Origin: an uncultured Puniceicoccaceae bacterium
Lineage (GTDB): Bacteria; Verrucomicrobiota; Verrucomicrobiia; Opitutales; Oceanipulchritudinaceae
NCBI GenBank assembly: GCA_963933835.1
Contig: CAWVVV010000001.1
Coordinates: 288,001-352,000 of the forward strand
Direction: 5' to 3'
Length of the DNA stretch: 64,000 nucleotides
In this document: piece after piece, positions 27,345 through 37,354 of the stretch
Layout: each line of letters begins with the position of its first letter
Position numbering within the stretch: the first letter of the stretch is position 1
Position numbers and translations under genes: made by a program
Notes under the pieces: generated by a model
Database searches by the model: none
What the model was told of the DNA's origin: nothing
The model's input: only the letters and a program-made list of their open reading frames with translations

Positions 27345-28535
27345 CTACTTCGTGATCTCTGTGATACGACCAGCACCAATGGTGCGGCCACCTTCACGGA
27401 TCGCGAAACGTTGACCAGGCTCCATCGCGATCGGCTTACCGAGCTCGATCGAAACTGAGAGGTTATCACCAGGCATAACCATTTCAACACCCTCTGGGAG
27501 GTTGAGGATACCCGTTACGTCCGTTGTGCGGAAGTAGAACTGCGGGCGATAGCCGGTGAAGAATGGTGTGTGACGACCACCTTCTTCTTTATTCAAAACG
27601 TAGATTTCTGCGTTACCAGCAGTGTGGGGAGTGATCGAACCAGGCTTGGCGAGAACGTGACCGCGCTCGACATCTTCCTTGGCAACACCACGGAGGAGGA
27701 GACCAACGTTGTCGCCAGCTTGTCCTTGTGGGAGAAGCTTACGGAACATTTCAACCCCTGTTACGATCGTCTTTTGCGTGTCAGTCAGACCAACGATTTC
27801 AGCTTCGTCACCGACCTTGATAATACCACGCTCGATACGACCTGTAGCAACTGTTCCACGACCAGTGATCGAGAAAACGTCTTCTACAGACATAAGGAAT
27901 GGCTTATCAGTTTCGCGGACTGGCTCCTCGATTTCTTCGTCGATCGCGTCCATCAGTTCGCTGATCGAGTCGACCCATTGCTGCTCGCCTTGGAGAGCTG
28001 GGAATGCGGCACCCTTTACAACGCGAGCATTGTCGCCGTCGTATTGGTACTTGGAGAGGAGGTCACGAACTTCGATCTCAACGAGTTCGAGGAGTTCTTC
28101 ATCGTCGAGGAGGTCACACTTGTTAAGGAAGATGACAATCTTCGGCACACCAACCTGGCGGGCGAGAAGGATGTGCTCGCGAGTCTGCGGCATAGGGCCG
28201 TCAGCTGCGCTCACTACGAGAATAGCGCCGTCCATCTGGGCAGCTCCCGTAATCATGTTCTTAACGAAGTCAGCGTGGCCTGGGCAGTCAACGTGGGCGT
28301 AGTGCCTGTTGGCTGTCTCGTATTCAACGTGCGCTACAGCGATTGTTACAGTTTTGGTCTCATCACGGACTGTGCCGCCTTTAGCGACATCGGCATAGGA
28401 CTTGAACTCTGCGAGACCCTTGTCGGCTTGAACCTTAAGGATAGCAGTCGTTGTTGTCGTTTTACCGTGGTCAATGTGGCCAATCGTTCCGACATTTACG
28501 TGCGGCTTGGTGCGTTCGAAGGTTGCTTTGGACAT
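27345..28535 (-). CDS. tuf: Elongation factor Tu
   Basis: [35 protein letters not shown]. Confidence 0.99.
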   Translation of the reverse strand: MSKATFERTKPHVNVGTIGHIDHGKTTTTTAILKVQADKGLAEFKSYADVAKGGTVRDETKTVTIAVAHVEYETANRHYAHVDCPGHADFVKNMITGAAQMDGAILVVSAADGPMPQTREHILLARQVGVPKIVIFLNKCDLLDDEELLELVEIEVRDLLSKYQYDGDNARVVKGAAFPALQGEQQWVDSISELMDAIDEEIEEPVRETDKPFLMSVEDVFSITGRGTVATGRIERGIIKVGDEAEIVGLTDTQKTIVTGVEMFRKLLPQGQAGDNVGLLLRGVAKEDVERGHVLAKPGSITPHTAGNAEIYVLNKEEGGRHTPFFTGYRPQFYFRTTDVTGILNLPEGVEMVMPGDNLSVSIELGKPIAMEPGQRFAIREGGRTIGAGRITEITK

Positions 28536-28578
28536 GGATCTGTTTTCGGTTTTTCTATGAAAGATGTGAACACTAAAA

Positions 28579-28654
<76 letters not shown>

Positions 28655-28692
28655 ACTACAACAGCGCTCCAGAAATTGAAGCAAAGCCGCGA

Positions 28693-28721
28693 ACCTTGCT
28701 TTCGGCTAAAACTCAGGTCAA
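28693..28721 (-). promoter_or_regulatory. Probable sigma70-type promoter of the tRNA-Thr-tuf operon
   Basis: TTGACC-17 nt-CAAGGT about 40 nt upstream of the tRNA. Confidence 0.5.
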
Positions 28722-28749
28722 GCACTTTCACTTAAGTTTTCCGCCTTTT

Positions 28750-29496
28750 TTACTCAGCCACATAAACACGGTAGTAGCCGTAAGGGAGACCCTCTAGGAC
28801 AGGGCTGCCAGAAAGCGCTTCGGTTAAGAGGTCATCCCACTCGACCGATCCGCTGGAACTCAGCTTTAAAGGCATTTCCGCGCCAAAGGCCGGGTCGAGG
28901 ATCATGACGTACTCGAGAGGATTCCAAAGCGTTGGCGGAGCCTGACTCACGTCGACCGTTAGTATCTCGGTGATTTCGAGCTGTGCGCCTTCCTCGCTGA
29001 GAGAATGAATCCGCACATGGACGCCCGAGGCTTGAAGGCTGCTAACCTCATCCGGGCCACCATCCAAAAAGAGCCGAAAGAGCTTCGTTTTCTCCGAAAT
29101 CAAAGGGAGATCCCCCACACTGCCCGCTGTAATTGTCGGCGCGCTCATCGTTAACGCCCCAATCCGGAATGAAAATGGCGGAAATAACTCTGTCGCATCC
29201 CGCAAGCGCGCTATTTCAGTCACATCGCTGGCAGAGTTCCATTCAGTGGGCAAAAAGAGGGGCTCTGCATCGAAGAGCAGAGCCGAGTCAGCCCAGCCTT
29301 CATCGAGCGCCTCCTGCCTGCTTTCGACCCAAGCGACATCAAATGTCGACGACGGCTCACGTGGCCCCGCGCCAATACTGATCGAAACGAAGGCGAAAAG
29401 CAGCCAGTGCACCGCTAGTCCTGCGCCCAAAACCACAATCACCAGAAATAGCCGACTCCGAAGGCCCCATGAACGCTGTGCGTGGCCTTGGCTCAT
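28750..29496 (-). CDS. Membrane-anchored protein, possibly TonB/TolA-like
   Basis: Single N-terminal TM; C-terminal SSSGSVEWDD resembles the TonB-C 'SSG...D' motif; overlaps the exbD stop. Confidence 0.5.
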   Translation of the reverse strand: MSQGHAQRSWGLRSRLFLVIVVLGAGLAVHWLLFAFVSISIGAGPREPSSTFDVAWVESRQEALDEGWADSALLFDAEPLFLPTEWNSASDVTEIARLRDATELFPPFSFRIGALTMSAPTITAGSVGDLPLISEKTKLFRLFLDGGPDEVSSLQASGVHVRIHSLSEEGAQLEITEILTVDVSQAPPTLWNPLEYVMILDPAFGAEMPLKLSSSGSVEWDDLLTEALSGSPVLEGLPYGYYRVYVAE

Positions 29497-29966
29497 TGAA
29501 ACACGTCGCGAGATCGCGCATCCGACGGGCTCTCGGCGGCGATTTGAACGGTTACGAATCCAGCTGAACGGGCGGACTCAAAGATGGAGAACAACTCGTC
29601 CGTGGGAGTGCTGCGGTCCACTTTCAAAAGCAAGCCCTGGTCATTCGGATTCTCAGCTAAATACGCTGCCAAGGTTTCGCTGAGACGCTCAGGAGTGATT
29701 TTTCGGCCATCAAAAAACAAAAGATCATCGCGGCGAACAGTTAAGACTGCCCGGCTAACCGACGTTTGCAAAGAACTCGACTCTAGGATTGCCAGATTAA
29801 CTTCGACCCCTGGGGCAGATACGAAGCGTGAATAATTCAGGAAGAGCATCGCAAGGATGATCAATAAATCCACGAGGGCAAAGAGCCCCCACCCTAGCCG
29901 CGGCACAGTCCTGATGTAGCTTTTTAAGCTGAGAGGCTCAGTGATTGATCGAGGCGTCGCTCTCAT
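29493..29966 (-). CDS. exbD: ExbD/TolR family protein
   Basis: TM with conserved Asp (ALVDLLIIL); LLLKVDRSTP...ARSAGF..VQIA. Confidence 0.85.
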   Translation of the reverse strand: MRATPRSITEPLSLKSYIRTVPRLGWGLFALVDLLIILAMLFLNYSRFVSAPGVEVNLAILESSSLQTSVSRAVLTVRRDDLLFFDGRKITPERLSETLAAYLAENPNDQGLLLKVDRSTPTDELFSIFESARSAGFVTVQIAAESPSDARSRDVFQ

Positions 29967-29968
29967 CT

Positions 29969-30628
29969 CTAGTCCTCATCGTCTTTGCCTGCCTCGACGG
30001 AAGGAAGGTCGAAGAGCAGAAATTCAATAATGTGATGACCCGCATACTCCATATCATGCACGATTGAGCGAACCCTCGAGACGAGGAAGGCATACCCCAA
30101 GTGCGCCATGACCGCAAAAGCGAGACCGATGATCGTCGTCAGCATCGCCTCAGTAAGCCCATCGAGGAAGTCTCCAAATCTGGGGAAAGCGACCGCTTCA
30201 GCGCTGCCGATTCCGAAAAACGCATCTGAAATCCCTAAAAGAGTCCCAATGATACCAAGGATGGGCGCGATGCGTCCTAAGGCGGCGATCACCGCAATTC
30301 GGCGCTCCAAAGTCGGGATTTCAACCAATGCAGCCGCCTGAGCAGCCATACGAATGCGCTCCTCGCCTTCATTGTAGTGCAGCAAGATTGATTTAACAAC
30401 ACTGGCCACCGGACCCGGCGTGGATTCACAAACCGTCACCGCTTCGACGAGCCGGCGGTTACGGAGATTCGTCTTAATACCGGCAAGGAACTCCTCTTTC
30501 TTAAGCTGCCCAGCATGAAGAAAGAGCAGGCGCTCAAAAAAGATGACGAGGCCAAAAAGGTTGAGTGCGAGCAGCACCCACATGATAGGTCCGCCCCGAT
30601 CAAGGAGTGACAAGGGATTCCAATCCAT
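29969..30628 (-). CDS. exbB: MotA/TolQ/ExbB proton channel family protein
   Basis: GGPIMW..FFERL; IAPILGIIGTLLG; EAMLTTIIGL. Confidence 0.9.
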   Translation of the reverse strand: MDWNPLSLLDRGGPIMWVLLALNLFGLVIFFERLLFLHAGQLKKEEFLAGIKTNLRNRRLVEAVTVCESTPGPVASVVKSILLHYNEGEERIRMAAQAAALVEIPTLERRIAVIAALGRIAPILGIIGTLLGISDAFFGIGSAEAVAFPRFGDFLDGLTEAMLTTIIGLAFAVMAHLGYAFLVSRVRSIVHDMEYAGHHIIEFLLFDLPSVEAGKDDED

Positions 30629-30668
30629 TGCGACGAAGATCGTGAATTAACTCTACAGGTGGCAACCC

Positions 30669-33350
30669 TTAACGAGGAGTTGCAGCGGCGCTGCTCGGAT
30701 TCAAAAGTTCGAGCCGAGCCTTTGCCAGCGCCTTGCCTGGCAATGCCCTCTCGTCCATGAGGCGATAGATGCCGCGAGCCCTTTCCAGGCCATCAATCCC
30801 CCCTTGTTCCTCGTAGAGTCCTCCAAGTTCGAGCAGACTCCGCGAAAGCCAGTAGCGGCCGTTCGGCCCAAGCTGTGGCCGATCAGATCGATCAAAAAAA
30901 CGGTCTTTAACCAGAAAAAGGGCCGCCATCGTCTCTACCCATAGCCCACGCTGACGTAGCGCAGTTGCCCACTTATAGCCTGCCTCCACCGCCGCATCGC
31001 GGGGTGTGCGACTATCCTCAAACAAGCGATCGTAGACGACCGTCGCAGCGACCAGTGAAACCTCTTGGACACCGCCACGCGCAAGCAGGCAATCACCACG
31101 GCTCATCTCCGCGCGGTAGCGCTCAGGGTGATCAGGATAGTCCGCTAAATGGCGATCATACAGATCCAGTGCGGTCGAAAAATCATTCAGTTTTCTGGAA
31201 AGATCGGCCTGTTTCAGGCGCGCGTAGAAAACGAGGGCATGCTCTGGATAGTCGCGTATCAAGCGCTCTAGAATCGTCATTGCTTCACGATACGCGCTGT
31301 CGACACCGCGCTGCTCTGCAAGGAGGGCTGCCTCCCAAAGGGAAATCCCCGCATACCGACTTTCAGGAAAGCGCTCCACAAGCAACATCAGGCTCTTCTG
31401 AGTGTCCAAAACACTGTTACCTTCGGATCCCAATCGGGACTCAAGGAGGTAGGACAACATCGCTGGCCCAGAGTCTTGGTATTGTGCCCGCAAGAGATCT
31501 AAAAGCGCCCGCCCATCAGTCCGCATTCCCAGTCGGAGAAGAGCTTCAATTTTTAATAACATAACGTGACTGGCAATTGCATCACGTTGAGAAGCCTCGA
31601 TCGAATCGAGATCATCGAGCCAATCTGTAATCGCATCGCATAAGGCAGGAACCTCGGCGATACGGTCAACATCGAGCGCCAACCTCGCTTCCATCCAGCG
31701 AAGTCTCGCTTGCAATTCCACCGACAGATCAGAGGCAGCTCCGCCCTGTATCAGTTTTTGGATACGCTGAAAGGCTTCCTGTGTCTCGCCCGACTCACGC
31801 AGGCGATCAAGAAGGTTGTATTCAGCCTCCCATCTCCGAGCAGAATCTCGAATCACCGTCGTATCCAACGCCGCAATCGCTTTATCCAGCTGATTGAGTC
31901 GGATCTCTGCGAGGACTTGCTGAAAGAGCCAGCGCTCTGAATCATCGCCCAAGTCGTCGCCCGCCTGAAGAGCACTAGCATAGGCCTCAGCCGCATTGGC
32001 ATAATCGCCATTGAGAAAGAAGCAGTCCCCCATCTGGCCAAGTATCTTCGCCTGCTCGGAAGGTCGGTCCTCCAGAATGCGAAGACGATCGAGATAGCTC
32101 GCCGCCGTTCGGTAGCGAGGCGGCGTGCGCTGCCAGTTCACTGTGGCAAGGAGGCGCAACATCTGTGAAACTCGCGCCGAGCCCGGCAACTCCTCAATAA
32201 GCCGCGAGGCGGCTACTTCGGCCACATCGAAACTTCCCTGACTTAACATCAAACTCGCTCGGGTAACTAACAGCTCTGCGTAGAGGGCGTGGCGCGCTGG
32301 CTGAGCGATCAGGTCGCGCAGAAATCGGTCAAATTCAACAAAAAGCTCACCTCTCATCGGAGCTTGAGCTAAGAGCCTCAGAGCAATCCGCTGCAACACC
32401 GGCGCTGCTCGCATCGACATTAACTGGCGTAACGCCAGTCGCCCTCTTCCGCCATCAGCCCCAGACATCATACCCAGCATGAGGAGCAATTCCTCGCGCC
32501 GAGGAGAGTTAAGCAATTCTGGTAGGCGTAGCAAAACCTCAAGCTCGTCGACGGCCTCATCACTACGGCCTAGGCGAAAGAGCACGACCGCTAACATCCG
32601 ACGGGACTCAAACCCAAGGCGCTGCCCTTCCGTAGCTCTCGCCGTCGCCCGAAGCTGCCCTACATCTTCTTCAGAAGCAGCACGATGTTTCAGCTCACCA
32701 TCTAGACGGAGAAGATCCATCTGCGCCACCACTGTTGGCGATGTCGCCAGTGTTCGAGCCTCGGCAAGGCGAGATGAAGCGAGCTCCGTTTCACCGCGCT
32801 GAAAAAAGAGCAACCCCTCACAGAGCAAATACCAAGAGTGTTCGCTCGGATCGAGTTCCTCCAATGAAATCCCACTGAGAAGCTGCGCACTTTCTTCATA
32901 CGAAGATTTTAAGTAGGCCGCTAACGCCTTTCTTAGCGAAACGTCCGCGCCCTCCGCATCCATTTCATTGATCACGGTGTAAGCCAACGCTCCCTCACCT
33001 AAGGTGATCAACGAACTCGCAAGCCCGAGCTGCGCTTCACGTCGCAAAGCATCGGTTAAGCCTTCCGCAGCCAAAACCTCTGCATAGAAACGCCTCGCGA
33101 GTTCACCATACCCTTCTTTCAAGGCAGACTCCGCCGCACTGAGACGCCACTGCCAACGTGAAGTCTGCGAAACACCAGCGGCTTCGGCTGAAAATTCAAG
33201 CGGAACATCCGGTTGCCCAACCTGCCCATTGGCGGAATCGGCAAGGGGTAGTATCACAACAAGGGCTAAGGCGATGGCCCGACACTTTTTGAAAGCACGG
33301 TGGTTTTTCGGCACGTCGTCAGAGGGTGCCGACGAAAGAGGGCGAGACAA
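30669..33350 (-). CDS. Large periplasmic tetratricopeptide-repeat protein (start uncertain)
   Basis: Signal-like segment; helical repeats with YP.S/H motifs (GDCFFLNGDYANAAEAY; ERFPESRY; RDYPEH). Confidence 0.75.
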   Translation of the reverse strand: MSRPLSSAPSDDVPKNHRAFKKCRAIALALVVILPLADSANGQVGQPDVPLEFSAEAAGVSQTSRWQWRLSAAESALKEGYGELARRFYAEVLAAEGLTDALRREAQLGLASSLITLGEGALAYTVINEMDAEGADVSLRKALAAYLKSSYEESAQLLSGISLEELDPSEHSWYLLCEGLLFFQRGETELASSRLAEARTLATSPTVVAQMDLLRLDGELKHRAASEEDVGQLRATARATEGQRLGFESRRMLAVVLFRLGRSDEAVDELEVLLRLPELLNSPRREELLLMLGMMSGADGGRGRLALRQLMSMRAAPVLQRIALRLLAQAPMRGELFVEFDRFLRDLIAQPARHALYAELLVTRASLMLSQGSFDVAEVAASRLIEELPGSARVSQMLRLLATVNWQRTPPRYRTAASYLDRLRILEDRPSEQAKILGQMGDCFFLNGDYANAAEAYASALQAGDDLGDDSERWLFQQVLAEIRLNQLDKAIAALDTTVIRDSARRWEAEYNLLDRLRESGETQEAFQRIQKLIQGGAASDLSVELQARLRWMEARLALDVDRIAEVPALCDAITDWLDDLDSIEASQRDAIASHVMLLKIEALLRLGMRTDGRALLDLLRAQYQDSGPAMLSYLLESRLGSEGNSVLDTQKSLMLLVERFPESRYAGISLWEAALLAEQRGVDSAYREAMTILERLIRDYPEHALVFYARLKQADLSRKLNDFSTALDLYDRHLADYPDHPERYRAEMSRGDCLLARGGVQEVSLVAATVVYDRLFEDSRTPRDAAVEAGYKWATALRQRGLWVETMAALFLVKDRFFDRSDRPQLGPNGRYWLSRSLLELGGLYEEQGGIDGLERARGIYRLMDERALPGKALAKARLELLNPSSAAATPR

Positions 33351-33432
33351 GCCTTTGCTCTGCCCTACAAAAACGCCCCCCCCCCGTCGAGTTTACTTGC
33401 CCTAACACTTCCCGAACTCTAGCTGGTTATCA

Positions 33433-33657
33433 ATGTATCTCTTCATTCCCAAAGAGACGCCGCCAGAAACTCGAGTCAGCGCTACCCCTGAGCAAGTTCA
33501 GGCCTATGCACAACTTGGGCTCAGCGTCCTTGTCGAAAGCGGTGCCGGTAACAATGCAGCCCACAGTGATGATGCCTACACGAAGGCGGGTGCGCGCATC
33601 ACGACCGATCGGAACGATGCCTTTGAGAAATCCATTCCTCCGAACTGCGCTCTTTGA
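33433..33657 (+). pseudogene. pntA: NAD(P) transhydrogenase subunit alpha, first ~60 codons only
   Basis: MYLFIPKETPPETRVSATPEQV...VLVESGAG..A.HSDDAYTKAGARI matches the PntA/AlaDH N-terminus; similarity ends at about 33612. Confidence 0.8.
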
Positions 33658-34575
33658 TTTCTTTATGAAGTCTGGACACTTGAGCTGTGCTCAAGGCGAC
33701 ATCCCCAACCCAATACCAAGTGCTAGATTCCTTCGCGGAGAGGTCTAGTGTCGCCACATCGATGCATGCAGAGCGGATGCCTCGCTTGCCGTCTTCAGAT
33801 GTGACGGTCTTTCCATTCAAAAATCCCTCTATCTGCTCGCTGCTCACAAGCTGGGCTGAGGCATCGAGACCCACCGTCCAAGAGACAGCTGCTCGAAGAG
33901 ATTCCGATGGTTCTGCTCGGTCGGTCGGAATCGAGCTTAGATACGTCAGGCGCAGAGAGGTGCCCGCGATCGCTTCCGTTCTCTTATAGGCATCAACGAG
34001 AATGCTGTATGCATTTTGAAATTCATCGCTGACTCCAAATGGCTGCAAATTCTGAACACCATCAAGGACTTCAACAGAGCGGTCATCACCGGAAAGGTTC
34101 TCGATCGTGGAACGGCGAACAAATCCGTATTGTCGGCTAAAGGCCCATGTATAGCGGAAGACAAGCTGGAGGTCCTCGTTCACTTCTTCAAAGGTCAGCT
34201 GAGTGCCGTCGGAACGCTTTGAGACACTGCGAGGGGCGTCTCCTTTACGTTCGTATCGAAGGGTGACCAGTAGCGATAGTCCCCGCCCTTAGTCCGCTCA
34301 CGGACGTGCGTTACGGGGCCGGTTGTAGCAGCGAGATCGATCAGCTTGTCCTGAGTGTAGTAAGGAAACAATGACTTTTCAGGCGATGATCGCCCAGCAG
34401 TCAGACCTCCATTACTTGCTGCAAAAAGCCAGTGGTCTTCATCACTTACGATCGAGACAAGAAAAGGTTTAAACGACTCAACTCCGTTGATGGTGAACCA
34501 TTCGGAATCCGTTGTTGAAGAAGCATGCATGCTATTGGCTGACGCAGTGTCAATTGCCTGAGTAGATAAGGACAT
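33599..34575 (-). pseudogene. GH149-like beta-1,3-glucan phosphorylase, frameshifted and 3'-truncated
   Basis: PFLVSIVSDEDHWLFAASNGGLTAGR..PEKSLFPYYTQDK, then after a frameshift near 34235 ...LTFEEVNEDLQLVFRYTW..S..YGFVR; only about 325 codons of a protein I expect to exceed 1000 aa; next to LacI and GH16. Confidence 0.72.
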
Positions 34576-34599
34576 CTTAGAGAGAGAGATTGAGACTAG

Positions 34600-35661
34600 T
34601 TAGTGTTTTGCGACTGCCGATACAGCGGCGCTTCCATTCGGAGGACCGATGGATGTGCCCTCGACGAATTCTCCATCGACAAGGACGTGACGGCGTGGAG
34701 CTAGAGGGTGATCAACGCGGCGCATTAACTGGTGGAAAGCAGATCGACCGATTTCGTCGTATGGGACACGAACCGTAGCCATTGCTGGCACGCCCGTCGT
34801 CGGCTCGATGCCGTCAAAGCCAGTAAGAGAGCAATCGCGGGGAACTTGGATTCCACGCTCGGCCAGAAGTTGACGCAATTCGTAAGCTTGGTGATCGGCC
34901 GCGCAGACAAATGCGGTCACACCTTCACGGACGAGTTCGGCGGTTTTCTCCGCTACCTCAATGACCGTGAGTTGCTCGGCAGGGCGCAGGTTGATTACAC
35001 GGGTAGGGTCGAATTCAAGATCGAACAAATAGAGGCTCTCGACATATGAGCCAAAGCGATGGTGTACCCATGGCGTCGGAACATCATAAACCCAGCTCAA
35101 AAAACCGATTTTGCGGTGTCCTTGCTCGTGCAGGGCTTTGACAAGAAAGTTCACCGAGTCGATCTGATCAACGTCCACGCTGTCGATGTAGTTACGGCGG
35201 TAGTTTTCGACAACCGAAACACACGGAATCGTCTTTGATATTGTTTCGACGACTTCGTCCGTCATCGGATGAACGAGTATAGCACCTCTCCAGCGGCTTT
35301 GTCGAATACGGCGCTGAATCGCTTTCGGATCATGATCCGATGGTTCATGGTAAACAACATCGAGGGTCACGACGTCGCTTGAACTGCGTTCTGCGATCCC
35401 GCGTAAAACTTCTTGCGACGTCTCGGCGTGCCCGCGTTGACGTTCCGGAATCGCAATCAAGACACCAATCACACAGGGCTCCTTGCCCGAAGAGAGTCGG
35501 GCCCGCGGCGGAGGCATTTGGTAACCAAGTTGAGCAGCCAAATTCCAAACAATCGCCTTTGTATCGGCGTTGATCGCGGGATGGTTACCTAGAGCTCTAG
35601 AAACTGTTGTCTGAGAGAGGTTTAGACGCTGGGCAATGATTTGTTGATTAACTCGAGCCAT
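34600..35661 (-). CDS. LacI-family transcriptional regulator
   Basis: MARVNQQIIAQRLNLSQTTVSRAL HTH; GHRKIGFL; VPRDCSLTGFDG; start placed at ATG 35661. Confidence 0.92.
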   Translation of the reverse strand: MARVNQQIIAQRLNLSQTTVSRALGNHPAINADTKAIVWNLAAQLGYQMPPPRARLSSGKEPCVIGVLIAIPERQRGHAETSQEVLRGIAERSSSDVVTLDVVYHEPSDHDPKAIQRRIRQSRWRGAILVHPMTDEVVETISKTIPCVSVVENYRRNYIDSVDVDQIDSVNFLVKALHEQGHRKIGFLSWVYDVPTPWVHHRFGSYVESLYLFDLEFDPTRVINLRPAEQLTVIEVAEKTAELVREGVTAFVCAADHQAYELRQLLAERGIQVPRDCSLTGFDGIEPTTGVPAMATVRVPYDEIGRSAFHQLMRRVDHPLAPRRHVLVDGEFVEGTSIGPPNGSAAVSAVAKH

Positions 35662-35689
35662 AGTAACGAAACAGGGTGTAAAATTAAAT

Positions 35690-35925
35690 CGTATGCAGCA
35701 TTTCATGCAGAGTACTGTCAATGGCAATGCATAAAAGTACGATTCAGTTTCCTAGCCTCTACAAGCGAGACTCGAAACCGTCTATTTGACCGGAATCGTC
35801 CTTCTTTATAAGTAATAATCGCGATTTTGGCACAAAATGAAATGCATCAATCAAATGAATAATTCGCCCTATATCTCGCATTTTCATGAAATAATGCGTA
35901 TTTATGCATTAAGCTATTTGACTTT
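35690..35925. promoter_or_regulatory. Divergent lacI/GH16 promoter region with repeated ATGCA(T) boxes (candidate operators)
   Basis: TTGACA (minus, 35716-21) flanked by ATGCA boxes at 35693, 35705 and 35727; ATGCGTATTTATGCAT at 35894-35909 just before TTGACT (35918-23). Confidence 0.55.
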
Positions 35926-35999
35926 ACCGATGGAATAGCGACATTGAGTCACGAGACTGGGAATCCCCACCTGTCTCCACTCCCCACTCCTCCTACCCA

Positions 36000-37073
36000 A
36001 TGGCTCCGGCTAATCTGAAAATACTGCTTACGACTCTGCTACAGACTGCGCTCGTTAGCGTTGTCCCAGCAGGTGATGCGTCATCTAGCAGCGACTGGAA
36101 CCTCATCTGGTCTGACGAGTTCGAGTATTCAGGAGCTCCAGATCCCGAAAAATGGGGTTACGACCTCGGCGCTGGTGGCGGCGGAAACGGAGAACGGCAA
36201 GTCTACACCGATGAGCTCGAAAATGCGCGGGTAGAAAACGGCAGCCTCCTCATCCAAGCGGTGCAGACGAACGGCGACACGAGAGCCCCTACTTACACCT
36301 CAGCGCGCCTCGTCACTCGCGAAAAGAAGTCTATCCAGTATGGGCGAGTGGAAGTGAGAGCCATCATGCCAAATGAAACAGGGACGTGGGCGGCCATTTG
36401 GATGCTTCCGACCGACGCTCTCTTCAGCGACCTCTACTGGCCGAACAATGGCGAAATCGATATCGTCGAGCATGTAGGATATGAACAAGACCCACTTTCC
36501 CTTCAGCTAAAAGGAGTTAACTTCCTCAATAATCTCCACAGCACGATCCACTCGGAAAAGCAGAACTTTCTCAATAGTGGCGGAATCGGGGCCTCCACCT
36601 ACCTCGAAGAGATTTCAACTCAATTCAACGTCTACGCCTTTGAATGGTTTCCAGATGGCATGGAATTCTTCATCAATGGTGAGAGCTATTTGAGAGTGGA
36701 TCGCGAGACAGATGTTGCCATCCCCGTTCGTAACCGACCAGACGACACCACCCCGTGGTGGCCCTTCGATCAGCGCTTTCACTTACTGATGAATCTTGCG
36801 GTCGGCGGCAATTGGGGCGGCCATTTTAATCAAGACTTCTACGGCAGCTCCCCCCATCCGATCGGGATCGATTACAATGGTAACTGGCCTCAAACAATGG
36901 AAGTCGACTACGTGCGGATGTATGAGCACTCATCCATGTTAAGCGAACCAGCAACCGTTGTCCCCGGAATGATCAATCCACTGGATTACATCGCTGAGCG
37001 GGGGGGGGTCTATGAAATCCTAAGAAGCACGAAGCGGGGTATAGCGACCCGCTGCATAGAAGTTCATCTTTGA
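36000..37073 (+). CDS. GH16 beta-1,3-glucanase (laminarinase-like), catalytic domain intact, C-terminal module truncated
   Basis: Signal peptide; WSDEF, YTSARL, WAAIWML, WPNNGEIDIVEH catalytic motif, PFDQRFHLLMNLAVGGNWGG, MEVDYVR; the next module (VPG.I...DY) breaks off at a G9 run. Confidence 0.9.
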   Translation: MAPANLKILLTTLLQTALVSVVPAGDASSSSDWNLIWSDEFEYSGAPDPEKWGYDLGAGGGGNGERQVYTDELENARVENGSLLIQAVQTNGDTRAPTYTSARLVTREKKSIQYGRVEVRAIMPNETGTWAAIWMLPTDALFSDLYWPNNGEIDIVEHVGYEQDPLSLQLKGVNFLNNLHSTIHSEKQNFLNSGGIGASTYLEEISTQFNVYAFEWFPDGMEFFINGESYLRVDRETDVAIPVRNRPDDTTPWWPFDQRFHLLMNLAVGGNWGGHFNQDFYGSSPHPIGIDYNGNWPQTMEVDYVRMYEHSSMLSEPATVVPGMINPLDYIAERGGVYEILRSTKRGIATRCIEVHL

Positions 37074-37354
37074 GGAAAGATGGCCTGTCAAATTCCAATC
37101 AAATAAATGCAATATTTGTGCATAATAATTATGCGAAGATCCGTCCGAATAGTCGCTCAAGCCCCACAAGTAAACGGTTTCAGGCGAACCAACGACAGAC
37201 TTATAAGAATATGCAGCGATCTCGAGAATCGAAGCACTTGGGGATATAGCGCCTCCGGATTCCTCGTTTGCAGCGCGAACCCAGTCGCTTCTAAATCGGC
37301 AAAGATTCGACCTAGTTATTTGCCTCGAACTCAATCCTGACCTCAGCAGCAATC

